From Thermomicrobiales bacterium (GTDB taxonomy: Bacteria; Chloroflexota; Chloroflexia; Thermomicrobiales; JALYUS01): a stretch of DNA of 40,006 nucleotides. Shown piece after piece: positions 37,362-40,006 of the stretch. The position numbers and the translations under genes were made by a program. Positions within the stretch are counted from its first letter, which is position 1. Each line of letters starts with the position of its first letter. Location: the NCBI GenBank assembly GCA_038230615.1, contig JBBRMX010000003.1, positions 1 to 40,006 on the forward strand, given 5' to 3'. A model generated the notes under the pieces. It had not been told where the DNA came from. It was given only the letters and a program-made list of their open reading frames with translations, and did no database searches.

Positions 37362-38414
37362 TCAGGTGTTGTCGCCCATGAGCCAGTCTTCGCGGGGATG
37401 GGGCAGGGCAGAATGTGCGTATACTTCGGGCTTGAGGGCGCACAAGAAGGGCAGGTTGCGGTACTGTTCACGGTAATCCAGCCCGTAGCCGATCATGAAT
37501 TCGTTCGGACACGCAAACCCGACGTACTCCAGCGGCACATCTACCAGTCGCTTCTCATGCTTATCGAGCAGCGTCACGACGGCGATGCTGGCGGGACGGC
37601 GGGCGCAGAGATGCTGGAGGATGTATGCCAGCGACATGCCCGTATTGACGACATCTTCCACGAGCAGCACATGTTTGCCGGTGATGTTGTCGTCGAGGTC
37701 CTTGAGGATTTGCACCGCACCCGGTTGACGCCCCTGCCCGCGCACCGGCACGCCATACCCCGCGACCGCGAGGTAATCAATTGCCAGCGGGCGCGTAATC
37801 GCCCGTGCGAGGTCCGCGAGGAAGAAGGTAACGCCCTTCAGTACCCCGACGAGCAGAATCGAGCGATCCGCGTAATCCGCTGAGATGCGGCCGCCGAGTT
37901 CGATGACGCGCTCTTGCAGTTCGGCGGGGCTGGCGAAGATATGCGCGATATCTTCCTGCCGCAATTCGGTGATTTCTAATGCACCGTAGCCATATTGCGC
38001 CAGCAATTGCTGGTAGTCTTTGCGGTAGAGCAACCGTACGGCGATTTCGGGATATATCTCACGCAGGAGACGCAGTTTGCGATTTTTCTTCGTCACGAGG
38101 CTCTGCTTCATCGTCGTCAGTTCGACATACACATCCTGATCGGGCAAGTAGAAGTCGGGCGTGAACATTTCTGCGACTTCGTTGCCATCGTTCCACGCGA
38201 TGGCGAACGAAGTTGGCTCATAGAGCCACGGGATACGGTAGAAATCGAGTAGCGCGGCGAACTCCGCCTCCGACGGGTGTGCGAAGGGCGCGGGCGTCTG
38301 CCACCCCGTCAGGACAGTATCGGCGGCGTCTGTTGCGGAGAGCGGTGCGCCGGGCGGCACATCGTCCGGTTCCCTATCGTCTGCCTGCACCGGATATACG
38401 CGCCGTTGCACCAC
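37362..38414 (-). CDS. hpt: Hypoxanthine phosphoribosyltransferase-like domain fused to an N-terminal PD-(D/E)xK-like domain
   Basis: C-terminal: VGVLKG..FLADL.R, VLLVEDVVNTG, LLDK, F.IGYGLDY..YRNLP. N-terminal: SEAEF..WLYEP..FTPDFYLP..YVELTT. Confidence 0.88.
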   Translation of the reverse strand: MVQRRVYPVQADDREPDDVPPGAPLSATDAADTVLTGWQTPAPFAHPSEAEFAALLDFYRIPWLYEPTSFAIAWNDGNEVAEMFTPDFYLPDQDVYVELTTMKQSLVTKKNRKLRLLREIYPEIAVRLLYRKDYQQLLAQYGYGALEITELRQEDIAHIFASPAELQERVIELGGRISADYADRSILLVGVLKGVTFFLADLARAITRPLAIDYLAVAGYGVPVRGQGRQPGAVQILKDLDDNITGKHVLLVEDVVNTGMSLAYILQHLCARRPASIAVVTLLDKHEKRLVDVPLEYVGFACPNEFMIGYGLDYREQYRNLPFLCALKPEVYAHSALPHPREDWLMGDNT

Positions 38415-38457
38415 GCCCGCCCCCTGTCTGTCCCGCGATGAGGTCGCGTTGCCCCGG

Positions 38458-40006
38458 TTAGATCGTCGGCGGGGCAGGCAAGGTCGCCGCGACCACGCCG
38501 TCCGCTGTGACGCAGAGCATCACGCCCCGCGCCTCGTCCACGCTGATGCCCTGTATCGCCACGAATTGTGGCATTCCCTCCTGTGGTCGCAGAATTTGCA
38601 CGACTTTGCCGTCGCTCTTGCGAACACGTAGGATGCGCCCCTGCCCATTCTCCGCCCCATACAGATACGGGCTGCCTGCAGGTGCGGCGAGCGCGGCAGG
38701 CGATGCGAGTTGCGGTACGAGCGCGGGGGTGACGAGCGGCGTCGGTAATCCACCGGCCGTAAAGCCACGCACCCGCCCGTCACCGAGCAGAATATAGATC
38801 GCCTGCCCGTCCGAGCCGATATCTACAGCCGTGCGGAGTTCGGCGGTGAGGGCTTCGGAGGTCCATGGCTTCGCACCCGCCGCATCCTTGAGCGGCACAC
38901 GGATGATCTGCCCGACACTCGCATCGAGCAGATAGAGGGCGTCGCCGAGGATCGTAAGCGCGGTGGGGCGTTTCTCACCCCCCGCCGTCGGTGCCTCGAT
39001 CCATGCGCCGGTAGGGGGGCGGGCGAAAATGCGCGTGCGGTCGGTTGTGATCGCCCCACCGATGTAGAGCAAGCCGCGCAAATCGCCCGCAGGCACCTTG
39101 CTTGCGACGCTGCCGACGGCGAACAACGGCGACCGCTTACCGCTCGAATCGAGGGCATAGACCGTCCACTCGCCCTTCTCGTTGCGGTCGTACAGATAGA
39201 CTTGCCCGTCGTCACCCGCCACAACGAGGCGGCGATTTGCAGGCGTGGCGTCGTAGTGCGCGAGGGTCGTTACCCCACGGGTCGTTACCCGCGTCACGCC
39301 GCCCACGGCATCGAGGGCCTGCGTTTGCAGCCGCCGTTCCTCCGCGAGCCGTTGCGGTTGCCGCCCGGTCGTCTCGACTTGCACTAACCGACTATTCAGT
39401 GCGAGGAGTGCCGCGTAGGTAGCAGGCGATGCACCGGACGCCAGCACGCGCTGTCGCTCGGCAGCGACCGCATCGAGGTCGTGCTTGGCGATTTCGTCCG
39501 CCTGATGCCCGTTGATTGCATTTGCCAGCCCCAGAAACGCCGCCAGCACGAGCGTGAACGCCACCGCGCCGATGAGCATCCAGAGCCGTGTTGGCAACTG
39601 CGGCATTTGCAACGACCGCCTCCCCCGAACCGCTGACATCCCGAACCGGCGCGGCGCGGGCGTACCGAGATACTCCCATACGGGTTCTTCGTCGGGATCG
39701 CCATCGGGATCGTCGCGGGTTTCCCATTCATCGTGCGGGTATGCGATAGACGGGCGGCGGGCGGGTGGAGGTTCGTGTTCCCACGGCGGAGCGGGTTCGT
39801 TAGTATCGTCACCATCGCCGTCATCGTCGTTGTATCCATAATAGCGGTCGTATGCACGGGTGGGTTCGGCAGCGGCATAATGCGGGTCTGACTGCATCTC
39901 GCCTGTCGTCAGGACGACTCCATACGATTGGGGCAACCGGTATCGCCGCCCTAACATAAGCAGATACTCTGCCGCTGCGGTCGGGTCGAGCGCACGCAGC
40001 GGCGCA
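38458..40006 (-). CDS. Single-pass membrane protein with probable C-terminal beta-propeller, partial (start beyond window end)
   Basis: Frame stays open to the window edge; acidic/Pro linker, one TM helix, repeated blade-like motifs (LYLLD..GQI, IYILL.DG.V, LYGAE..GRI). Confidence 0.75.
   Translation of the reverse strand, partial: APLRALDPTAAAEYLLMLGRRYRLPQSYGVVLTTGEMQSDPHYAAAEPTRAYDRYYGYNDDDGDGDDTNEPAPPWEHEPPPARRPSIAYPHDEWETRDDPDGDPDEEPVWEYLGTPAPRRFGMSAVRGRRSLQMPQLPTRLWMLIGAVAFTLVLAAFLGLANAINGHQADEIAKHDLDAVAAERQRVLASGASPATYAALLALNSRLVQVETTGRQPQRLAEERRLQTQALDAVGGVTRVTTRGVTTLAHYDATPANRRLVVAGDDGQVYLYDRNEKGEWTVYALDSSGKRSPLFAVGSVASKVPAGDLRGLLYIGGAITTDRTRIFARPPTGAWIEAPTAGGEKRPTALTILGDALYLLDASVGQIIRVPLKDAAGAKPWTSEALTAELRTAVDIGSDGQAIYILLGDGRVRGFTAGGLPTPLVTPALVPQLASPAALAAPAGSPYLYGAENGQGRILRVRKSDGKVVQILRPQEGMPQFVAIQGISVDEARGVMLCVTADGVVAATLPAPPTI

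Overview
GC-rich bacterial chromosomal window. Gene content and protein style suggest Chloroflexota, probably Thermomicrobia-like (inference). It is mostly housekeeping: purA, coaX, an EF-G paralogue, cdd, hom, pnp-rpsO, SRP RNA (ffs), tsaE-tsaB-rimI-tsaD, a tRNA nucleotidyltransferase and rmlC, mixed with stress and envelope genes. I saw no transposon, prophage, CRISPR array, tRNA or rRNA. Main points of interest: (1) a peroxiredoxin-like gene split by an in-frame TGA in a U-x-x-C motif with a downstream SECIS-like hairpin, probably a selenoprotein missed by the ORF track; (2) an Hpt fused to an N-terminal T7-endonuclease-I-like PD-(D/E)xK domain, with substitutions at catalytic positions in both domains; (3) a ~200-nt structured leader and a G8-containing promoter upstream of a Tat/SH3/NlpC-P60 hydrolase; (4) a four-hairpin leader on the EF-G paralogue; (5) an SRP RNA of intermediate length. 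All family calls come from motif recognition by eye; no database searches or folding programs were run.
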